Positions 36,314 through 46,276 of a stretch of 64,000 bases of DNA are shown piece by piece; positions within the stretch are counted from its first letter, which is position 1; every line of letters begins with the position of its first letter. Source of the stretch: a virus; the IMG/VR virus record IMGVR_UViG_3300021185_002806. One strand, 5' to 3'. A model generated the notes under the pieces. The model saw only the letters and a list, made by a program, of their open reading frames with translations. It was not told where the DNA came from and did not search any database. Both the position numbers and the translations under genes were made by a program.

Positions 36314-36876
36314 TTTTTATCTCCTGAGATAACAGATGGACTAGACTTTTCTTCTGTATCCATTTGTTCTGGTGCTTGGTCTCGTACTTCTTTCGGACTT
36401 AATTCATTTTCTACTGTGTCATTTTCTTTTGGTGTTAATGACTTTAGAAAATCGTCTACAAAAGTACGACCATAGTTTTCACCATTGTCTGATTTTGATT
36501 CTTCTTCGGAAGTAAGTAATGCTTCTTTATCTTCTGCTTCTACTTCCTCTTTTGGTTCCCATCCTTCTGGATGTACTGCAACATGTGTTAGATGCATACC
36601 TAATAAATCTGAAAGTTGCTGACGTAAGATGTCGGCTGATACCGGATAACCAGTAACAATGTCAATTTTAGATACTTCTGAATTTTCTACTTCTTTAAAA
36701 AACATTGGGTTCTTTGCGATTGGAGTAGTAGATGTTTTTGATATGCTTCTAAGGTCATATTTGCCTAGAAACTTTTCAATTCTATCTTCTGCATTCGCAT
36801 CTAACTCACAGCAAAAACGCAATGTGTGTTTATGTTCTTTTTCTGACTCTATTAAAAATTCTTTAAATTTTTTCAT
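36310..36876 (-). CDS. Hypothetical late protein with T4 capsid-targeting-like N-terminus
   Basis: Start MKKFKEFLIESE behind GGAG; late promoter at 36900-36907. Confidence 0.72.
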   Translation of the reverse strand: MKKFKEFLIESEKEHKHTLRFCCELDANAEDRIEKFLGKYDLRSISKTSTTPIAKNPMFFKEVENSEVSKIDIVTGYPVSADILRQQLSDLLGMHLTHVAVHPEGWEPKEEVEAEDKEALLTSEEESKSDNGENYGRTFVDDFLKSLTPKENDTVENELSPKEVRDQAPEQMDTEEKSSPSVISGDKK

Positions 36877-36898
36877 GTTGCTCTCCAACGTACTACTC

Positions 36899-37471
36899 TT
36901 ATTTATCATTTTTGTTATTTTTTTCTGATTTTTTACCGGTTGCTTCATCGGCAACTGCTTGTGCAGAAGCAATTCTTTTTAATAATTCGTTTCTATCCAT
37001 ATTTAAAGAGCCTTCAGCTTCAATTTCGTCATCATCTTTAAGTAAATCTCTATCTTTCTGATGGTCTAGCTTTGCTTTTTGTAATTGCAAATTAATCATT
37101 TTTAATTTTCTGTCTACTTTGCTATCTTTAGCCTCTTTTGCTGTTTTTAATAGCTGATTTGCAGTTTCTAATATCTTTGCACCAGCGTGTACTTCCACAT
37201 TCATGCCTAATTGCAATAAATCTTCAAATGTCTGCATAGCCTTGCCATGAATATCATCCATTTCTCTATCGTGTTCATTTAAATCTGATACCATAGGCAA
37301 AGAAGCATCAATTTTCTCTGCATTCTTCATTTCAGTATTAATTATTTTGGATATTTCAGTAGATTCTTCTATAGTAGGCACACCTTCATCAATATCATCT
37401 TCATTTGCGATAATTTTTTCAATTTCATCACTACTAGAGATATTAAATGTTTCTTCTAATTTCTTTGTCAT
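36899..37471 (-). CDS. Helical late protein, candidate small terminase
   Basis: 190 aa; helical core and C-terminal DRNELLKRI; terS call is tentative. Confidence 0.5.
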   Translation of the reverse strand: MTKKLEETFNISSSDEIEKIIANEDDIDEGVPTIEESTEISKIINTEMKNAEKIDASLPMVSDLNEHDREMDDIHGKAMQTFEDLLQLGMNVEVHAGAKILETANQLLKTAKEAKDSKVDRKLKMINLQLQKAKLDHQKDRDLLKDDDEIEAEGSLNMDRNELLKRIASAQAVADEATGKKSEKNNKNDK

Positions 37472-37502
37472 TTGTTGCTCCTATTATATCAGTAGTTAAT
37501 AG

Positions 37503-37510
37503 TATTTATC
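37503..37510 (-). promoter_or_regulatory. Late promoter GATAAATA
   Basis: tatttatc on +. Confidence 0.62.
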
Positions 37511-37525
37511 AATCTATTTTAACTA

Positions 37526-38014
37526 TTACTTTTTTCTTTTAATAGGTTTAGGTTTTTTAACTTTAGCCTTTACTGGTTTTGGTTTTTTAGTATTTTGATA
37601 TATATCACCTTCATTCAAAACACGAAAACGCATGCCTCGTTTCTTTGCCCATTGAGTTGCGGCATCCCATTTAGCAAAATTAACTACAACTGCCGATTTA
37701 TCTGTTTTTCTTCTTGCTAATTCTGGGTTAGATTGTGTTGCAGGTTTAATTTCGACTAACTCTGCATTCTTATTTCCTTTTTTATCCATATATACGATAA
37801 TAAAGTCAGGAACATACCCAGTAACTTTTCCAGTCATTGGATTTTGATAGGTTATTTTGCAAGGTTCACTTGCCCACGCAACAACACTTGGATTATCATC
37901 ACAGAAATTCATAAAAGTTTGCTCCCAACTGCTTCTAAAGGTAGGTTCTCCCTTACCAGAATATTTCTGTGGGTTTCTTATTGTATATTTTCCTTGATGA
38001 TACTTTTGCTTCAT
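37526..38014 (-). CDS. gp4: Head completion protein (T4 gp4-like, TnsA-type nuclease fold)
   Basis: RSSWE, WASEP, YVPDF, VEIKP, AKWDAA. Confidence 0.85.
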   Translation of the reverse strand: MKQKYHQGKYTIRNPQKYSGKGEPTFRSSWEQTFMNFCDDNPSVVAWASEPCKITYQNPMTGKVTGYVPDFIIVYMDKKGNKNAELVEIKPATQSNPELARRKTDKSAVVVNFAKWDAATQWAKKRGMRFRVLNEGDIYQNTKKPKPVKAKVKKPKPIKRKK

Positions 38015-38280
38015 TTAATAATTGCTCTTTGAACCAGTGTGTTAGGTTTAGATGGTTTTATTTTACCAGTCTGGTACCCAAATCTCAAAGAACTATTAAT
38101 TACGAATGCGCCTAAATCATTTAAGTCAAAGTTAGGGCCAATTTCATCAACTAGTGCATAAGGACTAACTCCATAACTTCTAGCTACGTTAGTTATTTCT
38201 CTAGCAAACGAATCTGCCTTGGCTTCTGTGAAGCCTTTCTTTCGGAATTTTGCTTTTAGTACATCTATGTCAAATGCCAT
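38011..38280 (-). CDS. Hypothetical protein
   Basis: 89-aa ORF in the late operon. Confidence 0.7.
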   Translation of the reverse strand: MAFDIDVLKAKFRKKGFTEAKADSFAREITNVARSYGVSPYALVDEIGPNFDLNDLGAFVINSSLRFGYQTGKIKPSKPNTLVQRAIIK

Positions 38281-38281
38281 C

Positions 38282-39844
38282 TTACTGACCTCTCGTTAAA
38301 TTCTTCAATACATTTATAGAAGATTGTGAATTATTAAGAGCAGTAGTTGTAGCATTAATATTATTAGAAGGAACTGTGGTTGTTTGGACTTGTCCGCCGC
38401 TGGTCCTACTTGAATTATTAATACCGTCTCTAACTAAATCGCCCAATATCCCATATTTACTCTGACTAGTTTTGCTTAGATTCTGTAAAGAGCCTATACC
38501 AGAGTTTCCTATTATTCCTTGAGCCGCTGAGTTTTTAATATTGCCCCAATTAATACTTCTTCCGTTAAAAAACGCATTTACTAATTCATTTTTTATTGCT
38601 CCACCGAAATTGCTTGAGCCGTATGATCCGGTACCACCATCATATGTATTGCCAATATTGGCAAAATCTGCTACTTGTGGATATTTTGTTTCTGGAGTAA
38701 ATGGGTCGCTAAATCTAGCTTCTGTTGAAACTGCTTCAACAAACTGGTGTCTTGATTTTGCTTCTTCGAATTTTGCTTGTGCAATATCATTCTGTGCTTG
38801 TAGAACATTTGAAAATTGTACTGGATCAATATCCTGACCATTGAATTCATTCATGTTAACAGACTTAGATTGCTCTACTGCATTATTTAATCTTGTTAAT
38901 TCGTCTAATTTTTGTTTATTAATTAGTGCGGCTTGTTCTGCTGTTTGATTAGCAAGTTGATTTGTATTAATCTTCCAAGGTGTGTCATCAGGTGCTGGGT
39001 TTGTTGCACTATTTACATCACTTGGATCTTTTTTCATTTGTGTTAATAAATCATTAAGTTTATCATTCCATTGGTCATGTTGTAAAATATCACTTGTGCC
39101 TGATTGAGAAAATAAAGACTCTAATATATATGGCTGACCGTCTGTCATCCATGTAGGGAATGTTATCTCATCTGCAACTGTTTCGAATGTGATATTTTCT
39201 GGTTGCAAATTAAAATCAATCATTTTTAAGTTACTATCTGCATAGTCACTTGCTGAAAAATTAATAGATGTTACAATTGGATTGACTAACGTAATCTTTT
39301 GTATTTTACCAGTTCCGCCAGTCTCTCTGTCTAGGTTTCCGAAAAAATGAAATATAACAACTTTTTCAAAGTTCTGATGATATGCTTTTCCACTATCTGG
39401 AAATTTTCTACCTTGATTAATATCTTTAATACTATTTTCTATATTTGCACTATCAGTTGGTATAGCGCCATTCTTAAAAAATCTATTATAGATATTATTC
39501 ATTAAATGAAAACCATCACCATTGATAGTATCATACATGCTAATTGCCACTTCACCAAAATCTACACGTGTGGGAATATGTACTCTTTTACCGTACCTAT
39601 CTATTGGTACAGTAGAAGTAGAAATGTTAATCCCACCTACTGATTTTACGAATTTGTTGTTTGGAAGTGTCTGTCCTACTCCTCGGTTGACTTGGTGGAA
39701 TTCAACATACCACATGTCTCCCAATTTTGGAGCGGATGTAATGGGTCCGACACCGTCGAACCCAAATCTTTTTCTGGCGTTACTGCTATCCTGGACTACA
39801 ATATTGCCTGGTTTATTTTTACCGCCTTGTCTATCTGTAGCCAT
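38282..39844 (-). CDS. Tail-tube-fold baseplate protein (gp54/gp48-like) with long extension
   Basis: Tube-like N-domain (DFGEVAISMYD...ITSINFSASDY); follows the tube gene. Confidence 0.6.
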   Translation of the reverse strand: MATDRQGGKNKPGNIVVQDSSNARKRFGFDGVGPITSAPKLGDMWYVEFHQVNRGVGQTLPNNKFVKSVGGINISTSTVPIDRYGKRVHIPTRVDFGEVAISMYDTINGDGFHLMNNIYNRFFKNGAIPTDSANIENSIKDINQGRKFPDSGKAYHQNFEKVVIFHFFGNLDRETGGTGKIQKITLVNPIVTSINFSASDYADSNLKMIDFNLQPENITFETVADEITFPTWMTDGQPYILESLFSQSGTSDILQHDQWNDKLNDLLTQMKKDPSDVNSATNPAPDDTPWKINTNQLANQTAEQAALINKQKLDELTRLNNAVEQSKSVNMNEFNGQDIDPVQFSNVLQAQNDIAQAKFEEAKSRHQFVEAVSTEARFSDPFTPETKYPQVADFANIGNTYDGGTGSYGSSNFGGAIKNELVNAFFNGRSINWGNIKNSAAQGIIGNSGIGSLQNLSKTSQSKYGILGDLVRDGINNSSRTSGGQVQTTTVPSNNINATTTALNNSQSSINVLKNLTRGQ

Positions 39845-39861
39845 AATAGCCTACCTCAAGA

Positions 39862-40461
39862 TTAACCAAGAATGCTTGAATTATTTGTAAATGTCGTATC
39901 AGGCATAATTTCAGTATCAGTGAACACAGCATTATCGTACTGTAATGTAAGTGCGATAGTTACTGGATCTGAAACTGAGTAATCTGACTGAGAATAATCT
40001 GCATTCTGAACAAAACAACCTTCTAGTTGCCATTGTTCGTTTGGATTGCCTGAGTTACCGTCAAGTATTTCAATTAATGTAGAAAACTTGTAGTTAGTAC
40101 CTGCCGCTGGACCAGATTGATTTCTGTGGTTCAACTGTGACTGTACTTGTCTACCTACTAGTTTAGTTAAATTGTTTGCAATATCATCACGTAGAGTAAT
40201 TGTGATAGGTTCCCATGTGTGTTTACCCATCATGTACATACGAGAGTTATATGAATCTACAGGAATTGATTCGTGTGTAATCTTTGGACGAGTTACGTTC
40301 ATAACCTGTCTTGTGAATTCGGTTGTATTCGTAGTTACACCACCGAAGCCTGCTACTTGAACACGGAAACGATAGTTTAATTTAGGCTGTAGAATACCTG
40401 AGCCAGTTACGCCATCGCCACTGTCTGTAGGTACACCGAAAGTATTTAATGTTCTTGCCAT
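39862..40461 (-). CDS. gp19: Tail tube protein (T4 gp19-like)
   Basis: PKLNYRFRV, WEPITITLRD, WQLEGCF, LTLQYD. Confidence 0.9.
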   Translation of the reverse strand: MARTLNTFGVPTDSGDGVTGSGILQPKLNYRFRVQVAGFGGVTTNTTEFTRQVMNVTRPKITHESIPVDSYNSRMYMMGKHTWEPITITLRDDIANNLTKLVGRQVQSQLNHRNQSGPAAGTNYKFSTLIEILDGNSGNPNEQWQLEGCFVQNADYSQSDYSVSDPVTIALTLQYDNAVFTDTEIMPDTTFTNNSSILG

Positions 40462-40506
40462 GTTTTTGTCTCCTAAAAAGTTTCGAAACTTTACTTTATA
40501 TAAGAG

Positions 40507-40514
40507 TATTTATC
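40507..40514 (-). promoter_or_regulatory. Late promoter GATAAATA of tube gene
   Basis: tatttatc on +. Confidence 0.65.
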
Positions 40515-40545
40515 TAATATGAATATAATTAAAGTTGTAGTTAAT

Positions 40546-40572
40546 AAAAACCCGACATAACTGCCGGGTTTT
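40546..40572. terminator. Intrinsic terminator after sheath gene
   Basis: aaaaacccg...cgggtttt. Confidence 0.68.
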
Positions 40573-40598
40573 CATGATTTTTATTGGTTTATCTCAGC

Positions 40599-43280
40599 TT
40601 ATGCTAGAGATTCGCCTGTATTTCTGATACGTAGTGGGATATAGATGAATTCTACAGCTTTCACTGGTTGAATTGCAACATCTACCCATAACTCATTCTT
40701 ATCGATACGAGCCGGTGTATTGTTTGATTCATCACATACTACTAAGAAGTCATATAAACCTCTATTAGTAACTAATTCACCACAGAAACGTTCTACTGCA
40801 TCACGCATGTTATCACGTGTGATTTTATCATTCTGTTCGAATAAGAAACCACGTGAAAGTTGATCCAATTGAAAACGCATGTAGTTAATAAGTCTTGCAA
40901 CGTTAACACGGTCAAGTGCTGATGCAAATGCCTGTGTTGTTTTCTGCCCATAAACTACTAGACCTTGGTTTGGAAGGTCTGCGATTGGATTAACACGTGA
41001 AGTGTATAGTACGTCACGTTGCCCATTGCTTAAACGAACTTGTGCAAATTCGTTTTCATCGTTTACATAACCTACTTTACTTGCATTCGTTACAACACCA
41101 CGTGTCAAGCCCGCTGGAGCAAACCATGGGAATGATACTTGGTCTGAGAATGCAATAGTACGTAGTGCGATTGCTGATGATGGAATAACAACATCATTAC
41201 CTGATAAGTCTGTTGAAAGACCATGTGGGTAATAAACTGCCGCATACGATTCTGCTGGAACATTGTCTGTTGCCCATGTTTTCAAAGATGTAGAATCTGA
41301 TTTCAAGTCCATTGGTGTATCACCAATAACGAAAGCAACTTCTTTCTTATCTTTGTTTAGAGCAATCATTTCGTCCATTAACTCTGGGTATCCAGGAGAT
41401 GCAATCAAGTTAAAGTAAACGCCTTCTGAACGAATACCATCGTTACCTGCAACTGCCGCCTGCATAGCTTCTACAACCATATGACGTTGTGCTGGTTTAC
41501 CGAATTTGCCTGAACCATCTAGGTTAATACCTGATGCCCATTCCCACTTACCGTTAGTATATCTTTTAACATTGTAAGTAGAGTAATCCATGTTTACCAT
41601 GTACATACCTTCTGGTGCTAATTCTGGATTAGTAGTCTTAGCATGTACTGTACGAGACATTACGTTGCCGTCTTCATCACGTGGAGGGAGGTCTGAATAA
41701 TGTGAGAATATCACACCATTGCTAGATGATTGGTCAGCATTGTCTAGCTTGACCCATTCTGATCCACTCCAACGATAGATATGTGGATAAGGCATAGCAT
41801 CACTATCAACCCATACATCACCAGTGTAAAGATTTGTTGTACCATCTTTACGTTTTGTTGGCATGCCTGAACGTAGTTGTAATTCATTGCCCATAACACC
41901 GTTAGTGTCTTCGGACCATGCATGTTGTTGCCATTTCTGAACACCACCGACATATGCGTTTTTAAGAATCTCTATTTTTAGGTCTGCGTCAAACCATAAA
42001 GTGCCTTCTGCTACTGCGCCTTTTGGTGTTGAGTTTGATGCTTCGTATGATAAATCAGACCAAGCTGAATCTACTAAAGTTGATTCTGTAAAGCCCATAG
42101 CACCGAAGCCAGAAGTGAATACAATATTTAATTCTAATCCGTCTGATTTGGTCCATCTAACTTTGTCTGCACCTACTTTTTCAACTGAAACATTAGCTGT
42201 ATTCAAAGCCGCACTATTTTGCATTTTAATTACAAGTGCGTCTAATGTTGTTGCTGTTTCATTGAATTGCGTTCCTTCTACTGTGAAGTTTGCAGTGATT
42301 GATGCTGTATCTGGAATTGCTCCAGATGTAATTGTTGTCGCAGTTTTACCTGTATTTCTACGTAACTCGACAAAACCTTTTGTATCGTTATGTCGTGCAT
42401 ATATATCGCCTGCATCAATTAATGTTGTGCCTGCTATATCATCTGATGTATATAATGGTGCTTGAACTGTAGTCCATAGACCAGATGTTGAACTGTAAAC
42501 AGCCGCAGATAAATCCATACCTCCGCCTTGTTTTGTTTTTCTAATATAAATATTACCATTTGCAACTGGCGTTACGTTATCTGACTGGTGTGTTGGAGCA
42601 AATAGGGACCATTGAAAATCTGATCCGCCTACATCGCCTGCAACTACCCAAGATACGCCGACTTTTTCCCAAATTGTAATTTTAACTGTTGACGTAACTA
42701 CTGCGATGTCGCCTGCTGAACCAAAAGTATTTGATGGTGCCGCAAAACCGTCTGCATTGATAGCCTCAACATTACCTGTTCCAGGTGCATCTGTCAATAT
42801 TTTTGGTGCAACTGAATTCCATGTTGTACCGTCGTATTGAAAAATACCGAAATCAGATGATGCTGTGTCATGCCAATATGTTCCGTTTGTTATTGCGCCA
42901 GCTGGTTCTGTTGAAGTCGCTTCTAGTTGTGACATGTCTACGTCCGCACGTATTACATAGGCGTTATTTGAAACTCCTAAGTATTGATACGCCGCTAATA
43001 GGCCATATTCACTTGTCTCTGATCCTTGCACAACTGAACCACCAACTTCGTAGAACACTGGTTCGCCGAAAGTTTCAACTAATTCTCGTTGTGAAGAAAC
43101 CAGATATGCAACACCGGCGTTAGCCTGTAGTGTTCCAGATGCGATTGCTGAACCAGATGCGTCTGTTTTGTTTGTTGCCGTAGCAACGACTAGTAGTGGA
43201 AGTGTACCTTGTGTAGCGGCCGCATATTGCGACTCATCACTAACAACAACTGACACGCCCGGTGATACTAATGTAGGCAT
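40599..43280 (-). CDS. gp18: Tail sheath protein (T4 gp18-like)
   Basis: MPTLVSPGVSV, PWFAPAGLTRG, RVNVARL, VVCDESNNT, EFIYIP. Confidence 0.94.
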   Translation of the reverse strand: MPTLVSPGVSVVVSDESQYAAATQGTLPLLVVATATNKTDASGSAIASGTLQANAGVAYLVSSQRELVETFGEPVFYEVGGSVVQGSETSEYGLLAAYQYLGVSNNAYVIRADVDMSQLEATSTEPAGAITNGTYWHDTASSDFGIFQYDGTTWNSVAPKILTDAPGTGNVEAINADGFAAPSNTFGSAGDIAVVTSTVKITIWEKVGVSWVVAGDVGGSDFQWSLFAPTHQSDNVTPVANGNIYIRKTKQGGGMDLSAAVYSSTSGLWTTVQAPLYTSDDIAGTTLIDAGDIYARHNDTKGFVELRRNTGKTATTITSGAIPDTASITANFTVEGTQFNETATTLDALVIKMQNSAALNTANVSVEKVGADKVRWTKSDGLELNIVFTSGFGAMGFTESTLVDSAWSDLSYEASNSTPKGAVAEGTLWFDADLKIEILKNAYVGGVQKWQQHAWSEDTNGVMGNELQLRSGMPTKRKDGTTNLYTGDVWVDSDAMPYPHIYRWSGSEWVKLDNADQSSSNGVIFSHYSDLPPRDEDGNVMSRTVHAKTTNPELAPEGMYMVNMDYSTYNVKRYTNGKWEWASGINLDGSGKFGKPAQRHMVVEAMQAAVAGNDGIRSEGVYFNLIASPGYPELMDEMIALNKDKKEVAFVIGDTPMDLKSDSTSLKTWATDNVPAESYAAVYYPHGLSTDLSGNDVVIPSSAIALRTIAFSDQVSFPWFAPAGLTRGVVTNASKVGYVNDENEFAQVRLSNGQRDVLYTSRVNPIADLPNQGLVVYGQKTTQAFASALDRVNVARLINYMRFQLDQLSRGFLFEQNDKITRDNMRDAVERFCGELVTNRGLYDFLVVCDESNNTPARIDKNELWVDVAIQPVKAVEFIYIPLRIRNTGESLA

Positions 43281-43348
43281 TCTGTTTCTCCTTAATTATA
43301 CTTAATTATATAAATTGCTTTATAGCAAAATTCTTTTATTGCTACAAG

Positions 43349-43377
43349 TATTTATCGAAAAATGCAAAAAAGTGGGT
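43349..43377 (-). promoter_or_regulatory. Late promoter of sheath gene with conserved upstream 15-mer
   Basis: ACCCACTTTTTTGCA-N6-GATAAATA; identical arrangement at 52-80. Confidence 0.65.
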
Positions 43378-43390
43378 GTTTTTGAATTAA

Positions 43391-44008
43391 CTACGTAGAC
43401 AATACATCTGAAACTTGGCTATATAGATGTTCCAAGTCTTTTGAGTTGTCAAACTCTATGTCAAAGTCCCAGCCTGCCCAACTATACTCACTTTTATGTA
43501 CATCTGGATATCTAGTCATTAAATCTATTTGATTTTTTGTGTTAGACCTAACAGCGTAATCCCACCATTGGGGTTTTTCTTTACGCCATACTACTGTAGT
43601 TTTACCGCCTAAACGTTTAATTACATCTAACTCATTATAAAATCTGCAATCAGAAATGACTACATTTTTATCTGTCAATTCGACTTGTCTTTCACAAGCC
43701 GCTACCCAAATATCTGGGTGAAAATGTGTTCTGAATACATCAGTGCCTACATGTTGCAAAGCCCATCTTGGTGTAAAGTTAGGAATACCTAATCTTTTTG
43801 CCCACCATTCGTCTACTTGTTCTCTGAATACTCTACTCTCTGGTGTATTGCCTTCTAATAGAATTCTATCCCAACCAAATATATTTGCACATGCATCTTT
43901 TAGCACACCTGCAAAACTAATACGTTGAAACCCTTGTTCAATTAAATTACCTGCTACTGTATCTTTTCCATGTCCTATTAACCCACAAATGCCTATTATT
44001 TTCTTCAT
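43391..44008 (-). CDS. Deoxynucleoside monophosphate kinase (T4 gp1-like)
   Basis: GLIGHGKDT, SFAGVLKD, PRWALQ..GTD, ISDCRF. Confidence 0.88.
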   Translation of the reverse strand: MKKIIGICGLIGHGKDTVAGNLIEQGFQRISFAGVLKDACANIFGWDRILLEGNTPESRVFREQVDEWWAKRLGIPNFTPRWALQHVGTDVFRTHFHPDIWVAACERQVELTDKNVVISDCRFYNELDVIKRLGGKTTVVWRKEKPQWWDYAVRSNTKNQIDLMTRYPDVHKSEYSWAGWDFDIEFDNSKDLEHLYSQVSDVLST

Positions 44009-44328
44009 ATAATCCTCAGTATTATGTTATACAGTATTATGGTAACTATTGCGCCTATTGATGCTGAAAACCAAAAGCCATAAGTTTGAACCAGTAACCC
44101 AAATATAACAAAAAACGAGAGACTTGTCAAGACAAAATATATAGTTTGTATAGAAAATTTTGAAAACGTTGCAGTATCAACGCCTCCGAACCACATAAAA
44201 ATCATTGCCAGAAATGCAGTGAATGGTATGCCCATCAATAAAGCCGCCATAGTAACGCTACGATTAGCCATCATACTTACTGATGCAACAATTATACCAG
44301 ATATTATAGCTTTTAAAATGAATTCCAT
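44005..44328 (-). CDS. Small multi-pass membrane protein (DUF3147-like)
   Basis: Four hydrophobic segments; LKAIISGIIVA...LMGIPF. Confidence 0.6.
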   Translation of the reverse strand: MEFILKAIISGIIVASVSMMANRSVTMAALLMGIPFTAFLAMIFMWFGGVDTATFSKFSIQTIYFVLTSLSFFVIFGLLVQTYGFWFSASIGAIVTIILYNIILRII

Positions 44329-45437
44329 ACTTCTCTTAATCCTATCTTATCTATCTTAGTATTTACTAAGATATCATTTTCTTTTTCTTTATCTATAATT
44401 TGGTCGAGAGTGTATGAATGTGTAGTTGGTTGATTTATAAATTCTATTAATAATTGTAATTCTTCTTGTCCATCAAATGCATGTTTAAGTACATTAGATA
44501 GTTTAATCTTTAAACTACTTTCTAAATTTTTTAATGACATATGATCCGGGTAGTCCAACATATCAACATCAGGCATCTTTCCAAAATGACTGTATGAAAA
44601 CTCTACTATATCCTTTAATAGGTGTATGTTAAAGACGTTTATCACAGTATGCATACCTAACGTCATATTATCTGATTTATGCTCTGTAAAGTGATTTATG
44701 GCGCTCTGAATAGTATCCCAGGTGTGCGGTGGTCTAAGCACTTCGTTTGCTTCACCTATTGCATCAATGCTAAAGACTACTTCTACTTCTTTTATTTTAG
44801 ACCAAGCATCAAATATTTCCTGCTTTGGTATTATTGTACCATTAGTGTTATAAAACAATCTTACGTTACTAGGAGCATCTGATTTGTTTATGATTTGATT
44901 TAAAAAGTTTGAATGCTTCTTATCCAATAATGGTTCGCCGCCAATAAATTTAACAAAATCTAGTTTAGACAAGTCAGTATTATAATGTTCTAAATCAAAT
45001 GAATCTACAGATACATCAACCGACATACCTGGATTTTTTATTAATTTCCATTTACTACTAAAAGTATCATTGCACATTCTACAAGATAAATTACAATGTG
45101 TCGATAACGCAGTCTCTATATATCTTATCTTTGGCTCTTGTCCTATGAATTTATCGTACTGATTAAATTGTTGCCTGAATGATTGTGTATTATTATCTTC
45201 TGCACGCCAACACTTGTCGCACATTGAAAGTTTTTCACCTTTCAACATTTTACTTCTTATATCATTGAAGAATTTAGAATTAAATGCGTTATGCAACCCA
45301 TCTTTTAATTTTGGGGCTTCGTCTATGTTTGGGATATTGCTTTCTTCTACAAAGCAACAAGGCAATACAGTACCATCTACCTTTAATCTCGCATGAGACC
45401 ACAGTAAGGAACAAGCAGTTTTGGGTATATTATCCAA
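44313..45437 (-). CDS. Radical SAM protein with N-terminal SPASM/twitch domain
   Basis: CNLSCRMC, FIGGEPL, N-terminal C...GTVLPCC...CDKC; TTG start. Confidence 0.85.
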   Translation of the reverse strand: MDNIPKTACSLLWSHARLKVDGTVLPCCFVEESNIPNIDEAPKLKDGLHNAFNSKFFNDIRSKMLKGEKLSMCDKCWRAEDNNTQSFRQQFNQYDKFIGQEPKIRYIETALSTHCNLSCRMCNDTFSSKWKLIKNPGMSVDVSVDSFDLEHYNTDLSKLDFVKFIGGEPLLDKKHSNFLNQIINKSDAPSNVRLFYNTNGTIIPKQEIFDAWSKIKEVEVVFSIDAIGEANEVLRPPHTWDTIQSAINHFTEHKSDNMTLGMHTVINVFNIHLLKDIVEFSYSHFGKMPDVDMLDYPDHMSLKNLESSLKIKLSNVLKHAFDGQEELQLLIEFINQPTTHSYTLDQIIDKEKENDILVNTKIDKIGLREVWNSF

Positions 45438-46179
45438 TTACAAATCCAAGTGGAGAAGAACCATCTATGTAAGTTGATAGGTCTTGTTCCAACTTGTCAA
45501 TTAAAACATCTGCCTCATTTTTCATTTCTGCACCATTAAGTGATACTCCACCTTGGGCGCCAGGTAATGAAGAAAATTTACTTCGTGCTTCGCCTAACAT
45601 TTTTTTACAATATGCTAATGTATAATCTCTCATCCAAGATTTAAGATATGGGTCTACTAGAAGTTGTTCTTCTGGTCTTTCTAAATGGACATGCATAAGA
45701 ACCATTTCGTCGGCTCTCATTCTACGTAATAGTTTTATTTTATTAGTTGTTGGATTCCAAATATATTGAATATCAGTTGCGGCAACTCTATTTAAAGATT
45801 CACGATATTGAGCAAATGCTTCAAACGTAGCAAGCCCACCTATATGATTGTTTAAGAAAAAATAAGAGTTGGCATATGCTAGTTCAAACGGATCCATATC
45901 TACACCGCCCGATATACCGTGACCAAATGAACGATGATGTATCTTCTTAACTTCAACAATTTCTGCCGGCAACGTGTATTCGTCTACATCTTTTTTCAAT
46001 TCCATAGCATAGAAATCTTCTTCTACTGCATTTTCAGAACGTTGTCTTATTTTTGATAAAGCAACATCTACTGCTAAATCATAGTGGTCAGGATCAAGTT
46101 CGATATCGACCATGCCGTCACCTAGCAATAATCGTACTTCCTTAATTACATCGTTTCTAACTTTTGTGTTCTTAGCCAT
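45430..46179 (-). CDS. Neck / head-tail adaptor protein (gp13-like)
   Basis: LGEARSKF..LPG..GGVSLNG motif; late promoter at 46204-46211. Confidence 0.75.
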   Translation of the reverse strand: MAKNTKVRNDVIKEVRLLLGDGMVDIELDPDHYDLAVDVALSKIRQRSENAVEEDFYAMELKKDVDEYTLPAEIVEVKKIHHRSFGHGISGGVDMDPFELAYANSYFFLNNHIGGLATFEAFAQYRESLNRVAATDIQYIWNPTTNKIKLLRRMRADEMVLMHVHLERPEEQLLVDPYLKSWMRDYTLAYCKKMLGEARSKFSSLPGAQGGVSLNGAEMKNEADVLIDKLEQDLSTYIDGSSPLGFVIG

Positions 46180-46203
46180 TGACTATACTCCAACTATATA
46201 CAG

Positions 46204-46211
46204 TATTTATC
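46204..46211 (-). promoter_or_regulatory. Late promoter GATAAATA
   Basis: tatttatc on +. Confidence 0.65.
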
Positions 46212-46226
46212 ATTTACTGGAGATAT

Positions 46227-46257
46227 AAAAAAAGCCCATTAACGAATGGGCTCTTTT
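46227..46257. terminator. Bidirectional intrinsic terminator
   Basis: A7-gcccatt-aacg-aatgggc-tctttt. Confidence 0.75.
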
Positions 46258-46276
46258 ATTTACAATTTGTATAATA

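Noticed and set aside
36877-36972. Upstream ORF-track starts (also 891, 6022, 8599, 11809, 18498, 19211, 20695, 25963)
   Set aside because: They overlap neighbours or promoters; downstream starts have clear RBSs
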